Shown one piece after another: positions 9,735 to 19,773 of a DNA stretch of 64,000 bases. The translations under genes and the position numbers were made by a program. Within the stretch, counting starts at the first letter, position 1. Each line of letters begins with the position of its first letter. The notes below the pieces were generated by a model. That model saw nothing but the letters and a program-made list of their open reading frames with translations, did not search any database and was not told the origin of the DNA. Source of the stretch: Candidatus Latescibacterota bacterium (lineage in GTDB: Bacteria; Latescibacterota; CBDEFO01); assembly GCA_965237525.1 (NCBI GenBank), contig CBDEFO010000008.1, positions 1,568,001 to 1,632,000 of the forward strand, written 5' to 3'.

Positions 9735-11096
9735 TTGAATTACTCGCAAAGTCTCGAATCGAAAGATAAAGAGTATATCTGGCACCCCTTCACCCAGATG
9801 AAGGACTATCAAGACGAGACTCCGCTGATAATAAAAAGAGGAGACGGTGTCTTCTTAGAAGACACAAATGGGAAGAGATACATAGACGGTGTATCATCGA
9901 TGTGGTGCAACGTTCACGGCCACAAAAAAAGAGAGATAGATGGGGCGATAAGGGATCAGATTGAAAAGATCTCCCATTCGACTCTTTTGGGTCAATCTAA
10001 TGTTCCTGCAGTAGAGCTTGCAGAAAAGTTGATAGCGATAGCTCCCGTAAGCTTGAGAAAGGTGTTCTACTCTGATAACGGTTCCACCACTGTTGAGATA
10101 GCTTTAAAGATTGCCTTTCAATACTGGAGTCAAAGGAGAGACGATCCGAGACCGTCCAAGACGAAGTTTGTTCATTTAAACTACGCCTATCACGGCGACA
10201 CAACAGGGGCTTTAAGCGTCGGAGGGATCCGCACCTTCCGCACCGCATATAAAGACCTCCTTTTTGATTCTTTTTGTGTTCCTTCTCCGTATTGCTACAG
10301 GTGCCAACTGTGTGAGGATGAATGTAATCTTGGGTGTCTATCCGAACTTGAAGAGATCCTAAAAGATCGTTCTGACGAAATTGCCGGGTTGATCATAGAG
10401 CCTTTAGTTCAGATGGCCGGAGGCGTAATTGTCGCTCCTCAAGGCTATTTGAGCCGTGTGTGGGAGTTGTGCAAGCAGCATAGCATCCTTCTGATTGCAG
10501 ACGAGGTAGCCACCGGTTTCGGAAGGACAGGGACGATGTTCGCCTGCCAGTGTGAGTGCCCGTCTCCCGATATTATATGTTTAGGCAAGGGGCTCACGGG
10601 GGGCTACCTCCCGCTGGCTGCAACTTTGACGACCCAGGAAATATATGAAGCTTTTCTTGGAGAGTACTCTGAGCTTAGAACTTTCTTTCACGGTCATACT
10701 TACACGGGAAATCAGCTCAGCTGTGCCGCAGCGCTAGCTAATCTGGACGTCTTTGAAAAAGAGGGAACTCTGGATAAGCTCCCCGAAAAGATAGATCTGC
10801 TGAAAGAAAGACTCGAAGATTTCAAGAGATTAGCTTATGTGGGGGACGTAAGGCAGTGCGGATTTGTCGCCGGAATAGAACTTGTCTTGGACAGGGGCAC
10901 AAAAGAGCCCTATCCCCCGGAGGAGAAAATAGGTGTAAAGGTCTGCCAGGAGGCAAAAAATGACGGACTCTTGATTCGGCCTTTGGGAAACATCATAGTC
11001 ATAATGCCTCCTCTTTCGATAGATCTGGAAAATCTGGAGGGAATGCTGGACATTATATACAAAGCTATAATAAAGGTGACGGGGCAGGACAATTAA
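9735..11096 (+). CDS. bioA: Adenosylmethionine-8-amino-7-oxononanoate aminotransferase
   Basis: IWHPFTQM, SSMWCNVHG, AYHGDT, DEVATGFGRTG, GKGLTGGYLP and FFHGHTYTGN; AGGAGG upstream of TTG at 9735. Confidence 0.95.
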   Translation: MNYSQSLESKDKEYIWHPFTQMKDYQDETPLIIKRGDGVFLEDTNGKRYIDGVSSMWCNVHGHKKREIDGAIRDQIEKISHSTLLGQSNVPAVELAEKLIAIAPVSLRKVFYSDNGSTTVEIALKIAFQYWSQRRDDPRPSKTKFVHLNYAYHGDTTGALSVGGIRTFRTAYKDLLFDSFCVPSPYCYRCQLCEDECNLGCLSELEEILKDRSDEIAGLIIEPLVQMAGGVIVAPQGYLSRVWELCKQHSILLIADEVATGFGRTGTMFACQCECPSPDIICLGKGLTGGYLPLAATLTTQEIYEAFLGEYSELRTFFHGHTYTGNQLSCAAALANLDVFEKEGTLDKLPEKIDLLKERLEDFKRLAYVGDVRQCGFVAGIELVLDRGTKEPYPPEEKIGVKVCQEAKNDGLLIRPLGNIIVIMPPLSIDLENLEGMLDIIYKAIIKVTGQDN

Positions 11097-11247
11097 ACAT
11101 GATATAACAGATAGCTCCTCCTGTGTAACAAGAGGAAACGCATTCTTAATGGCCAGATCGGAACAGAGCTTATAAAGAAAGCAGCAAATCTTAAAGTTTA
11201 AGCGGAACAATCAGGAAAGATGTGGGAAACCCGGAGGTGAATAAACT

Positions 11248-12240
11248 ATGCTGACGCGCGATGATTTAAAGGCAGAAAGGATTTGGAAGATACTCTTATG
11301 CCTGAGCACTAGTCGCGGCGTCAAGGTGTCCGATTTGGCTCTAAAGTTCGATACAACTCGGCGGACTATTTACAGAAATCTGATGTCTCTTTCCCGACTG
11401 GGAGCGCCCATCTACAGCGACAGAGAAGGTTGGAAACTTCTTTCTTCATTTTCGCTCCTGACCATCGGACTTTCTTTAGATGAGGCCATAGCTTTACACT
11501 TGGCGGCTTCGTCCGCTCCCCCACAGAAGATACAGCCTTTTTCCAGTCAGGTCAATTCTGCACTTTCAAAGATCGACGAAACTCTCACAGATCCGGTCAG
11601 AAGGGACTTAGAGGAGGTTGTCGAGATGACCTCTACAGTGCCTCATACAGGAGCGGACAATTCCGAAAGCAAAAAATTGGGCATTATGTTCGACAGAATG
11701 GAAAAATCTATATACAGTAAGACCTCCATCATAGCTTCGTACCGCTCGGTCTCCAGAGATGAGCCCATAGAGCGCCGATTGAACCCTTATGCTCTCTTCT
11801 TCCGCCGACATTCCTGGTATCTGGCGGCGCACGATCATAAGGATGAAAGAACGGAGATCTTCAGGTTGAACAGATTTGAATGGGTAAGAAGAACAACGGC
11901 CGGTTTCGACATGCCGGAGGATTTCTCCTTAGGGGATTTCTTGGCCAATTCGTGGGACGTATTTGTGGGAGATGGGGAAGAAGTCGAAGTGGTGGTCAGA
12001 TTCTCTCCCAGAGTTATTCCACTGGCACAAGAGAGGGCTGAAGGTCCGAATCGAAGCGTAGAGCGACTTCCCGACGGATCTGCAATTTACAGAGCCAAAG
12101 TCAGAGGTGCAAGGGAGATAAGCTTCTGGATACTCGGTTTTGGAGATGAGGCAGAGGTTTTGGAACCCCCTGAACTCAGAGAGGAAATGGGGAGAATAGC
12201 TCAGAAGATGGCCGGATTATACGGAGGGCAGACTAAATAA
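11248..12240 (+). CDS. HTH-WYL-WCX transcriptional regulator (YafY/PafC family)
   Basis: N-terminal wHTH (LALKFDTTRRTIYRNL), WYL core (RRLNPY..WYLAAHD..FRLNR) and WCX (WILGFG..EVLEPPELR); GGAGG RBS. Confidence 0.92.
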   Translation: MLTRDDLKAERIWKILLCLSTSRGVKVSDLALKFDTTRRTIYRNLMSLSRLGAPIYSDREGWKLLSSFSLLTIGLSLDEAIALHLAASSAPPQKIQPFSSQVNSALSKIDETLTDPVRRDLEEVVEMTSTVPHTGADNSESKKLGIMFDRMEKSIYSKTSIIASYRSVSRDEPIERRLNPYALFFRRHSWYLAAHDHKDERTEIFRLNRFEWVRRTTAGFDMPEDFSLGDFLANSWDVFVGDGEEVEVVVRFSPRVIPLAQERAEGPNRSVERLPDGSAIYRAKVRGAREISFWILGFGDEAEVLEPPELREEMGRIAQKMAGLYGGQTK

Positions 12241-12288
12241 GTAGAGAGTGGCACTTCCTCCCAGCCGTTGAGATTGCTGTTTACTATT

Positions 12289-13245
12289 TTAGTCGGTGTA
12301 GATGAGTTTTATTATGACATTGCCCACAGCTTGCAGGCTTTCTGGACTGCATTTGTCCGGCGTGTCCTCAAGCGTGTGCCAGTAAGGATAATCGAAGTCT
12401 ATCACATCTATGCAGGGTATTCCCGCGTCTATCAGCGGAAGATGGTCGTCTCGGATCTTATATTTTGCTCCTTCTTTAAACTGATGCGATCCCACGTCGA
12501 ACGCCGCTTTCCACACCTTTCCCACAATTTTAGGAAAGTGATTTAGGGAATACTGTTCAGGATGTATGTTTAAATCCGCATCTCCTACCATATCTAAGAG
12601 CACTCCGAATTCCGGTTTATATTTGCCTTGTTTCGAGAGAGCAAAATATTGTGATCCGAGGAAATAGTCCGAGAGATCCTCCTTCTTGCCGAAGTCCTCT
12701 CCGTCGAAGAACACAATATCTATTCCTCTTGGGGGCTCAACCTGGGATATGAGCCGCCCAATTTCAAGTAGGACCGCCACTCCGGAGGCTCCATCGTTTG
12801 CTCCGATGATCGGCTTGTCCCTGTTCTGGGGATTACTGTCCTTATCTGCGAAGGGTCTTGTGTCCCAATGAGCGCAAAGAAGCGCCCTTTTTTTGTTTTT
12901 AGGATAAAAAGAAGCTATGATATTGGAGAGGTTTATTCGTGTTTTTGATTTTTCATCGGAGTACTCAAACTTCTGTTCCGAGACTATGGGCGCCCAGCGC
13001 TTCAGCTCCTCCAAGAGGAATTCCTTTGCGGATTCGTGTCCTTCCGATCCCGGATTCCTGGGACCAAAATCGCACTGCTTCACTAAAAGATCGTATGCTC
13101 TCCTCCCATCAAACGACGGAATCACCTTTTTGGTTTTCCCACAGGATATACAGGTTGTTGCAAGGAATATGATAACAAGGCCTATATTTAACCAATTCCA
13201 TATACGTCTCTCAAACATCCTGTGTGCGAAGGACATCAATCCCAC
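12289..13245 (-). CDS. M28 family peptidase / glutaminyl cyclase-like lipoprotein
   Basis: AHWDTRP, GANDGASGVA, DGED, LLDMVG, DDHLP and YWHT motifs; lipobox-like ISC. Confidence 0.9.
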   Translation of the reverse strand: MGLMSFAHRMFERRIWNWLNIGLVIIFLATTCISCGKTKKVIPSFDGRRAYDLLVKQCDFGPRNPGSEGHESAKEFLLEELKRWAPIVSEQKFEYSDEKSKTRINLSNIIASFYPKNKKRALLCAHWDTRPFADKDSNPQNRDKPIIGANDGASGVAVLLEIGRLISQVEPPRGIDIVFFDGEDFGKKEDLSDYFLGSQYFALSKQGKYKPEFGVLLDMVGDADLNIHPEQYSLNHFPKIVGKVWKAAFDVGSHQFKEGAKYKIRDDHLPLIDAGIPCIDVIDFDYPYWHTLEDTPDKCSPESLQAVGNVIIKLIYTD

Positions 13246-13350
13246 ACCCTTTCTTAACGCGTTCTACAGTGGAATGCCGACAACATCGGACCGGATAAAA
13301 CAGATTTACCCCAAAAAGCTTTCGGTACCCCCGACAGCGTGGCATCTTTT

Positions 13351-13374
13351 GGGAATTATATATAATACTAGCCA
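13351..13374 (+). repeat. Terminal inverted repeat (cargo end)
   Basis: GGGAATTATATATAATACTAGCCA, preceded by CATCTTTT. Confidence 0.92.
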
Positions 13375-13411
13375 GACAGACAAGACACGCCTAACTCCTA
13401 TGGGGAAAGAA

Positions 13412-13615
13412 TTACTCAGGCTTCTCCGTATGCTCAACTTCCACTGGCCTTATCACAGCCTTGACAACATCATCAAAAGACGCACCCTCTAGGCCTTCCG
13501 GAACACTTACCTCCATCTCCAATTCTGCCTTAGACGGAATGTATGAAGACTTTACAACCTTAATAGTCCTCTTCTTGACCACCTTGCGTTTGCCTTTTTT
13601 TCTCTTACTCATCAC
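13412..13615 (-). CDS. Small basic IS passenger protein A
   Basis: AAGGAG RBS; Lys/Arg-rich N-terminus; YIPSKAELE..ASFDDV motif shared with the neighbouring ORF. Confidence 0.7.
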   Translation of the reverse strand: MMSKRKKGKRKVVKKRTIKVVKSSYIPSKAELEMEVSVPEGLEGASFDDVVKAVIRPVEVEHTEKPE

Positions 13616-13703
13616 TGTTCTCCTTTTGGTGAATCAATAGGGGCTTATAACCAAAAGTGCCAAAATGGGGAATATAACCCGTCTTGCAACACAAAAAGTC
13701 GGC

Positions 13704-13910
13704 CTATACCCCCTTGCTTTTTAACCACGCCGTCCACTCCTTTTTAACCTTTTTTCCGTTGCCGGATTCCACCAACGGTGGATCGGGAGAAAACAACGTA
13801 CAGGCAACATCCTCCAGACTCGCGTCTATGCTGATATCTTTTTCCAATTCCTCTTTCGTTGGATGATAACCACTACCCTCAACATCAACATTCTTCCTCT
13901 TCCTGCCCAT
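13704..13910 (-). CDS. Small basic IS passenger protein B (paralogue of A)
   Basis: GGGGG RBS; YHPTKEELE..ASLEDV motif. Confidence 0.7.
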   Translation of the reverse strand: MGRKRKNVDVEGSGYHPTKEELEKDISIDASLEDVACTLFSPDPPLVESGNGKKVKKEWTAWLKSKGV

Positions 13911-13970
13911 TACAATCCCCCTTCACTGGACAAAACCAACTGATTCTTCTTTGCACAAAGGCATACTTGA

Positions 13971-16852
13971 TTACTCCCATGATAATCCTAAGTCTTTAAA
14001 TTTCGGGGTGGCTTGTTGTTGATAGATAATCCCCCCTTCAGATGGGGATTTGGGAAAGGATTTAATAAACGTCCTTTGGGCTTCTATGTCTTCTGGAAGT
14101 GGAACTTGTATCCTTCTGATATGGTCCTTGTTTAGTCCTGGTTGCGCCTTTTTGTTATAAGCAAGGTCCTTTACCTGTTTCTCGAAAAACGAACTTCGCA
14201 TAAACAAGAAAAGGAACTCTTGTAATATACAATTATTGGACCGTAGTATAAAAACATGTTCATTGACAGCAACAAGTTCCTCTGGAAGTTTATGCACATA
14301 CGCACATTTCCCCGTTTTTGCCCCATCCTTGCAAATAAGTATGTCTCCAGACTTTATATGCCCAGATTTCATGCCATGATAGAAATCGGAAGAGGTATAT
14401 TCTTTTTTTGTGAGATTGAGCAACCCATTTTCCCCTATATGTTTGCCGCCCAAATTCAACAATCCTTCATGGATTGCTGATATTCCACCAACCGGACGGC
14501 TTCCACTTTCAACGGTCTCAAGAACATCACACAAAAATTTCAGTTTGACTTTCGATGTTAACCGCCCTTCTCCAAGAAATATTTTATTTGAGAAAATATC
14601 ACTGTCCCAGTCAAACAAGTCCTGCATTTGCCGTAAAGAAACATGATCCTTTAGACTTTCATCTATTGATTCAACCTCCTCATCATTTATGTTCCGTAAA
14701 ATATAGCTATTAGCTTTTTTTGACGATAGCAAGTTGTCTTCATCCAGCAAAGACGACTCGTTCAATTTTATACCTTCACTTCCCCGTCTCGCGCTGAATT
14801 CATACCCGAGAAATCTTTTTTCCTGGTCCTTTTCACCGCTTTTTACGACAATGACAGATTTGCCTTGAGCCATTTGAATGTAATCTTCCCTACTCTCTAA
14901 GATTACTCTTTGGCCCCTTTTTTTGAGAAAGAATTATGACGGTATTTATACCGGTTGCCATGAAAGCTTTACTGCTTAATACAACAACTGCCCTGACCTC
15001 AAAATTCTCGAATATAAGCTTTCTGGCATCTTCAAAATTCCCATCGTTACTTAGAATGGATTTTGGTAGGATAATGCCAGCCAACCCTCCTGGTTTCAGA
15101 AGTTGTTTCATCCTTTCTACAAACAAAAGTTCTATATCTTTGCTCTTATCGCTTATTTTCCCATATAGATCAAATGTTTTATGACCCTCTTTTACTGTCG
15201 AAAGGAAACCGCTTATTGAATATGGGGGATTGGCCACAAGAACATCAAACTGTTCACTGTCAGTTTCTTTCGACCTCAGCCTCTCTACATAATCTTTGTT
15301 AGAAAACGGATCTATCCCAGAGGCATGGACAATTCTTGCTTCGCCGTCTCCATGCAGGAAACAAGCCAACTTGCTGGTTTTAACCAGCCTGTAATCCCTT
15401 TCGATTCCGTAAATGAAATCGCTTGCCCAACCAAAGTGATCCGATTTATAGGCGGCAAGGCGACTCCTCTGCGTGGGCTTTAACTTTGAATCATCCATAT
15501 CGTTAATCTTATGTTGCAAGAGGTCCATCATCTCTGTTAAGAAATGCCCGCTGCCGCAGGCAAAATCTATAACATAAGGAAGAAAATCAGCATCCCCGCT
15601 GTTTATTTTGCCATTTATGATTTGCTGAATGGGAAGACTGTGGATAATGAATCGTACTAAGGGAACTGGCGTGAAGTATTGCCCGGATTCCTGCTTAAAC
15701 CCTGTGTTTAACAGAAGCTCAAAAAATTCCCCGAGAAATTGCTGTTTGTGGGTATACCGTAATTGCCATCCTTGTAGCAGCTTGACTATTTCTATGACTA
15801 TCTTTGCATTCTCAAGAAATGAGTCCTTGTTGAATACATCAACAAACGCAAACTCCTGATTTTTATACAAACGCAACTCATTGAGTATTCTCAAAGTGGC
15901 TTCAGTTACCTTGGTGTCCTTTATATCGTCTAGGCTGTAATCTGTAATCTCCTTATCCAGAAACTTATGCATCCCCTCTTTATAAAGATCATTCAGGCGG
16001 CCTAATAGCTTTTCTTCATTGTCTTTCCCCTCTATCCATTGAAACTTTAATTCTTCGTCGCCTCTTTTATCTTCATCCAGTATTTTGCACAAAAATAAAT
16101 TGAAAATCTTATTGTATGCATTTCCTTTATCAGAGACCACGTTATGCCGTAGGATTTCCGCAAACTGATTGTATATGGTCTTTCCATCCTCTTTCCCTAA
16201 AGGTTTTAGATCCTTGCGTTGCAATGGTTTTATGCGAACATCATACGGGCAAGCATCATCATCAAATATTCCATTGTGCGAGAATTGTTTATTCCAATGA
16301 TCATAAACTTCTTTGGTGTCACCAAGCATCCGAAAGTCATCTTCAATCTTGACAATGGAGTTCTCGAATTGGATTTGGGAGTCATCAGGTTTTGATGTAT
16401 ACAAACATAAATATTTAGCGTTTCTGTCTTGTTGCCAATAACTAAACAATTGCCCTCCATTCTTCAGCATCTTCTTACGTTCATTCTGATATTCTTCCTC
16501 ATGGGTTTTGCATTCAATCATCAAATAGGATCGCGATTCTGGATCCTTAACAAGGATGTCGAGCTTACCTTTGTTTCTTCTGCCTAAAGCCCACTTGTTT
16601 TCAAGTACTATTCTGTCAGGGGAATAGCGTTTTTCCAACAATCTATTGATGCATTCAAGAACAATAAAGTTCTCGCTATTCGCAAAGTTTGATTGAATTT
16701 GGATAAAGGATTTCCTCTTTGGGGAAATCGACCTTTATTTTACAGTCGCATTGCTTATAGTGTTTTTCCCATACATCGTTGCCCGTATTCGTATACAACA
16801 TCAATTTAAGGAGTTGTTTTATTTTTTTATTTTTCAAGAAAAAATTCTCCAC
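13971..16852 (-). pseudogene. Fused type IIG-like restriction-modification enzyme (HsdR_N-like nuclease + N6-adenine methylase + TRD), broken at about 16685 and about 14925
   Basis: PD-(D/E)xK-like LDILVKD..IECKT, GQYFTP, DFACGSGHF, NPPY and a TRD (ESGSRP, GDILICKDGAKTGK, VNEHVFILR, QPGLN). Pieces lie in ORFs 16676..17038, 14890..16641 and 13971..14873, which join by frameshifts. Confidence 0.85.
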
Positions 16853-17049
16853 GGACACCTCATCACTCAAATCAGAAACATGACAATGGGCATTCTTATC
16901 GGAACAAGTATGACCGTCCAGAACAGATTTCCGAGTAGGTGATTTCATAAAGGCTGAAAATCCTCTTGAGAATAGACAGAAAAAGGCAACCTGACACGCG
17001 CGTGAACCTAACAGAGGCAACCCAATAACACAAGGCATTTGAACAGCCG

Positions 17050-17199
17050 TTACGATACCAGGTCGGCATACCGCAACCGCTTGCCGACCATGCCGGTAAA
17101 GACCTTCTCCATCTGTTCGACCGTATCCAGTGGCCGAACATTATGCCGTCCTGCAAATTCCTTTTTTCCAGTTGCAAAATCCTTATCCCGTATTTTCAC
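17050..17199 (-). pseudogene. C-terminal remnant of a second IS1595 transposase
   Basis: Translates ..KKEFAGRHNVRPLDTVEQMEKVFTGMVGKRLRYADLVS*, which aligns with the intact transposase tail EFSGRWNMARWETMDKVDHVVSGGIGVSLPYEELVR. Confidence 0.8.
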
Positions 17200-17202
17200 G
17201 AT

Positions 17203-18144
17203 CTACCTCACCAGTTCCTCATAGGGCAATGATACGCCTATCCCACCCGAAACAACATGGTCCACCTTATCCATAGTCTCCCACCGCGCCATATTCCACC
17301 GGCCCGAAAACTCATGGATATACCTGTGCAAATGAGCCTCAGACATCCAATGATAAACCCCATAATACCCGCGTTTCAGCAACGCCCAAAAGGATTCTAT
17401 CCCATTGGTGTGTATCTGATTCCTCACATACTCACCAACGTTATGTCTCACTGTGTCATGACTGAAGCCAGACAGCCCCTTATAAGAAATGTGGTCGTCC
17501 GTAAAGACCTTTTCTCCACCCCTCACAGTATCTCTTACGAAACCTTGTAAATTGTCCTTATCCGTCCCTGTTACTGGCTTGGCCTGCACCTGTCCACCCC
17601 TACGGGTAAGAGCACCTACCACCGCCATTTTGCCAACAGTACCACGGCCAGCATGCAACCTCGTTTTGGCATGCTTGTTTTTTTCCTTGCCGCCCATATA
17701 CGTCTCGTCAATTTCTACCGGGCCAGAGAACAAACCCCCCGGCATCTCTAACCCCTTGCGAACGCGATGTGCAAGGTGCCATACCGTCTTCTGTGTGACG
17801 CCCAGCTCACGGGCAAGCATAGTGCTTGAAACACCCTTGCGATGTGTCACAATAAGATAAATAGCATTCAGAAAGGTTGTCAAAGGCAAATTGGACTGGG
17901 CCATGATCGTCCCCGTACGGACACTGAAATGCTTGCGGCACTCCCGGCACCTATACGGTTGCGGCTTACCGTTCTTTGTCTTCTGAACGTTATCAACAAC
18001 CCCGCAATGCGGACAGTAGATCCCGTCCTTCCACCGAAAATCCTCAACATAAGACACGGCAACAGCTTCGTTCCGAAACCGCTTTCCAAACTTAAAAATG
18101 CTCATATCCTTAATTGGCTTGTATGTTCTCTTTTTCCGTTTCAT
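17203..18144 (-). CDS. IS1595-family transposase
   Basis: Zn ribbon CPHC..CREC, SVRTGT, VEIDETYMGG, TDD, HTNGIESFWALLKRG and HLHRYIHEF. Confidence 0.96.
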   Translation of the reverse strand: MKRKKRTYKPIKDMSIFKFGKRFRNEAVAVSYVEDFRWKDGIYCPHCGVVDNVQKTKNGKPQPYRCRECRKHFSVRTGTIMAQSNLPLTTFLNAIYLIVTHRKGVSSTMLARELGVTQKTVWHLAHRVRKGLEMPGGLFSGPVEIDETYMGGKEKNKHAKTRLHAGRGTVGKMAVVGALTRRGGQVQAKPVTGTDKDNLQGFVRDTVRGGEKVFTDDHISYKGLSGFSHDTVRHNVGEYVRNQIHTNGIESFWALLKRGYYGVYHWMSEAHLHRYIHEFSGRWNMARWETMDKVDHVVSGGIGVSLPYEELVR

Positions 18145-18179
18145 TTCCGATCCCCTGGGGATTGCTTGTCAAGCGCTGT

Positions 18180-18203
18180 TGGCTAGCATTGTATATAATT
18201 CCC
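18180..18203 (-). repeat. Terminal inverted repeat (transposase end)
   Basis: Reverse complement GGGAATTATATACAATGCTAGCCA; CATCTTTT follows on the + strand. Confidence 0.92.
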
Positions 18204-18377
18204 CATCTTTTATCTCATAAATAAGATAAATAACCGAACAAAAGTCAAGCTTGAAAATCACTTTGCCATCTCGCACCTCGGCTTTCCCAAAAGGAAGGGA
18301 CCCTTAAAGGTGGAATCTTCCAGGGGAATCCATGTCGATAGAGATAAGATTCTCAAGAGGCGAAAATGGATATGTTC

Positions 18378-18406
18378 TTGACTGTCGCCCGAGAATTAGG
18401 TATATT
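18378..18406 (+). promoter_or_regulatory. Sigma70-like promoter for accA
   Basis: TTGACT-17 nt-TATATT. Confidence 0.55.
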
Positions 18407-18477
18407 TGAATCTATTAGGAGAGTAGAAAGACCACGGTTGGAAAGGAGTAGGATAAATCAAAGGGGCAGTTTCTATT

Positions 18478-19428
18478 ATGTATATTTTGGACTTTGAAAA
18501 ACCCATAGCCGAATTAGAACAGAAAATCCAGGATATAAAGGCTCACGCTGAGGCTGAGGATATAGATATGGCGGAGGAGTTGAGTAGGCTTGAGGAGAAG
18601 GCCAGGAAGCTCAGGGAAGAGGTCTATTCTAATCTTAGCAGATGGCAGAAGGTTCAGCTGGCGCGGCATCCTCAAAGGCCTCATACGCTTGACTATATAG
18701 AACGGATTGCGACGGACTTTATAGCACTCCACGGCGACAGGTTCTACTCTGATGACCACGCTATGGTCGGGGGCATCGCTAAAGTTGAGGGAAAGAAAAT
18801 ACTCATCATCGGGCATCAAAAGGGTAAAGATACAAAGGATAACCTCTATCGCAACTTCGGAATGCCTCATCCTGAGGGCTACAGGAAGGCCTTAAGGTTG
18901 ATGAAACTTGCCGCTAAGTTCCACCGTCCTGTATTATCCTTGATAGACACCCAGGGGGCCTATCCTGGAGTCAAAGCCGAAGAGAGGGGACAGGCCGAGT
19001 CTATAGCCAGAAATATCTTCGAGATGTCCCACCTGCCAGTTCCAATAGTAATAGCCATCGTGGGAGAAGGCGCAAGCGGCGGGGCGTTGGGGATCGGCGT
19101 CGGAGACAAGATCTTGATGATGGAGCACACCTGGTATTCCGTCATAGCTCCTGAGTCCTGTTCCACCATCCTGTGGAGGGACAGAGAAAAGAAGGAAGAG
19201 GCTGCAGAGGCCCTTAAATTGACACCGGGAGACCTGCTCAAATTCGGCATCATAGATGAGATCATACCGGAGCCTTTAGGAGGAGCGCACAGGGACTATG
19301 ACGAAGCTGCCTCGAGGTTAAAGTCAGCAGTGCTCGCGACTTTCAGCCAATTAGAGCAGATAACTCCGGATGAACTAATAAAAAAGAGGGTCGATAAGTT
19401 TACCGCGATAGGTGCATGGGAGGAGTGA
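18478..19428 (+). CDS. accA: Acetyl-CoA carboxylase carboxyltransferase alpha subunit
   Basis: [36 protein letters not shown] and [10 protein letters not shown]. Confidence 0.98.
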   Translation: MYILDFEKPIAELEQKIQDIKAHAEAEDIDMAEELSRLEEKARKLREEVYSNLSRWQKVQLARHPQRPHTLDYIERIATDFIALHGDRFYSDDHAMVGGIAKVEGKKILIIGHQKGKDTKDNLYRNFGMPHPEGYRKALRLMKLAAKFHRPVLSLIDTQGAYPGVKAEERGQAESIARNIFEMSHLPVPIVIAIVGEGASGGALGIGVGDKILMMEHTWYSVIAPESCSTILWRDREKKEEAAEALKLTPGDLLKFGIIDEIIPEPLGGAHRDYDEAASRLKSAVLATFSQLEQITPDELIKKRVDKFTAIGAWEE

Positions 19429-19773
19429 TCTGGTGCAAAACCGTGCCCTGATTTTCATTTCCTGATTCTTCCGATTTCAAGCCGAGCCTATATGTGGTTA
19501 TTACTTCTACCTTCGAGGCCAACTTGCAGGGGTTCAGGGCGTCGTGGAGTCACGTCATCTGGAGCGCTTTTGCCCGTTTTGCGAGGAGTTTAAGGGTCAC
19601 CAGATGAGTAGGGTAATGGGGAATGAGAATATCAAATGCGGTCATGCTTTTTTCCGCTTCGGGACGCAAATGGGTAAGGATGGACTAAATTCTGGCGGAC
19701 ATATGCGGCTGCAGCAGCTCTGCAGAGAAGATAACCCTTTATAATTGAACTCCAGATACAAAGGAGAAAAGCC

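Larger units (their letters stand above)
13351..18203 (-). mobile_element. Complete IS1595-family transporter-type element (4853 bp) carrying a restriction-modification cargo
   Basis: 24-bp terminal inverted repeats with 2 mismatches, flanking 8-bp direct repeat CATCTTTT (13343-13350 and 18204-18211), IS1595 DDE transposase next to one end, AT-richer cargo. Confidence 0.93.

Noticed and set aside
11248..12240. WYL gene as part of the transposon defence cassette
   Set aside because: It lies outside the TIRs and is separated from the element by the M28 peptidase gene.
14912..14930. A-AAA-AAG slippery site in the R-M gene as a programmed -1 frameshift
   Set aside because: Joining to the TRD ORF needs a +1 shift; the -1 frame hits TAA within a few codons.
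16896..17177. 93-aa ORF-track protein inside the transposon
   Set aside because: It is an alternative frame of the transposase C-terminal remnant and spacer; the homologous reading is 17050..17199.
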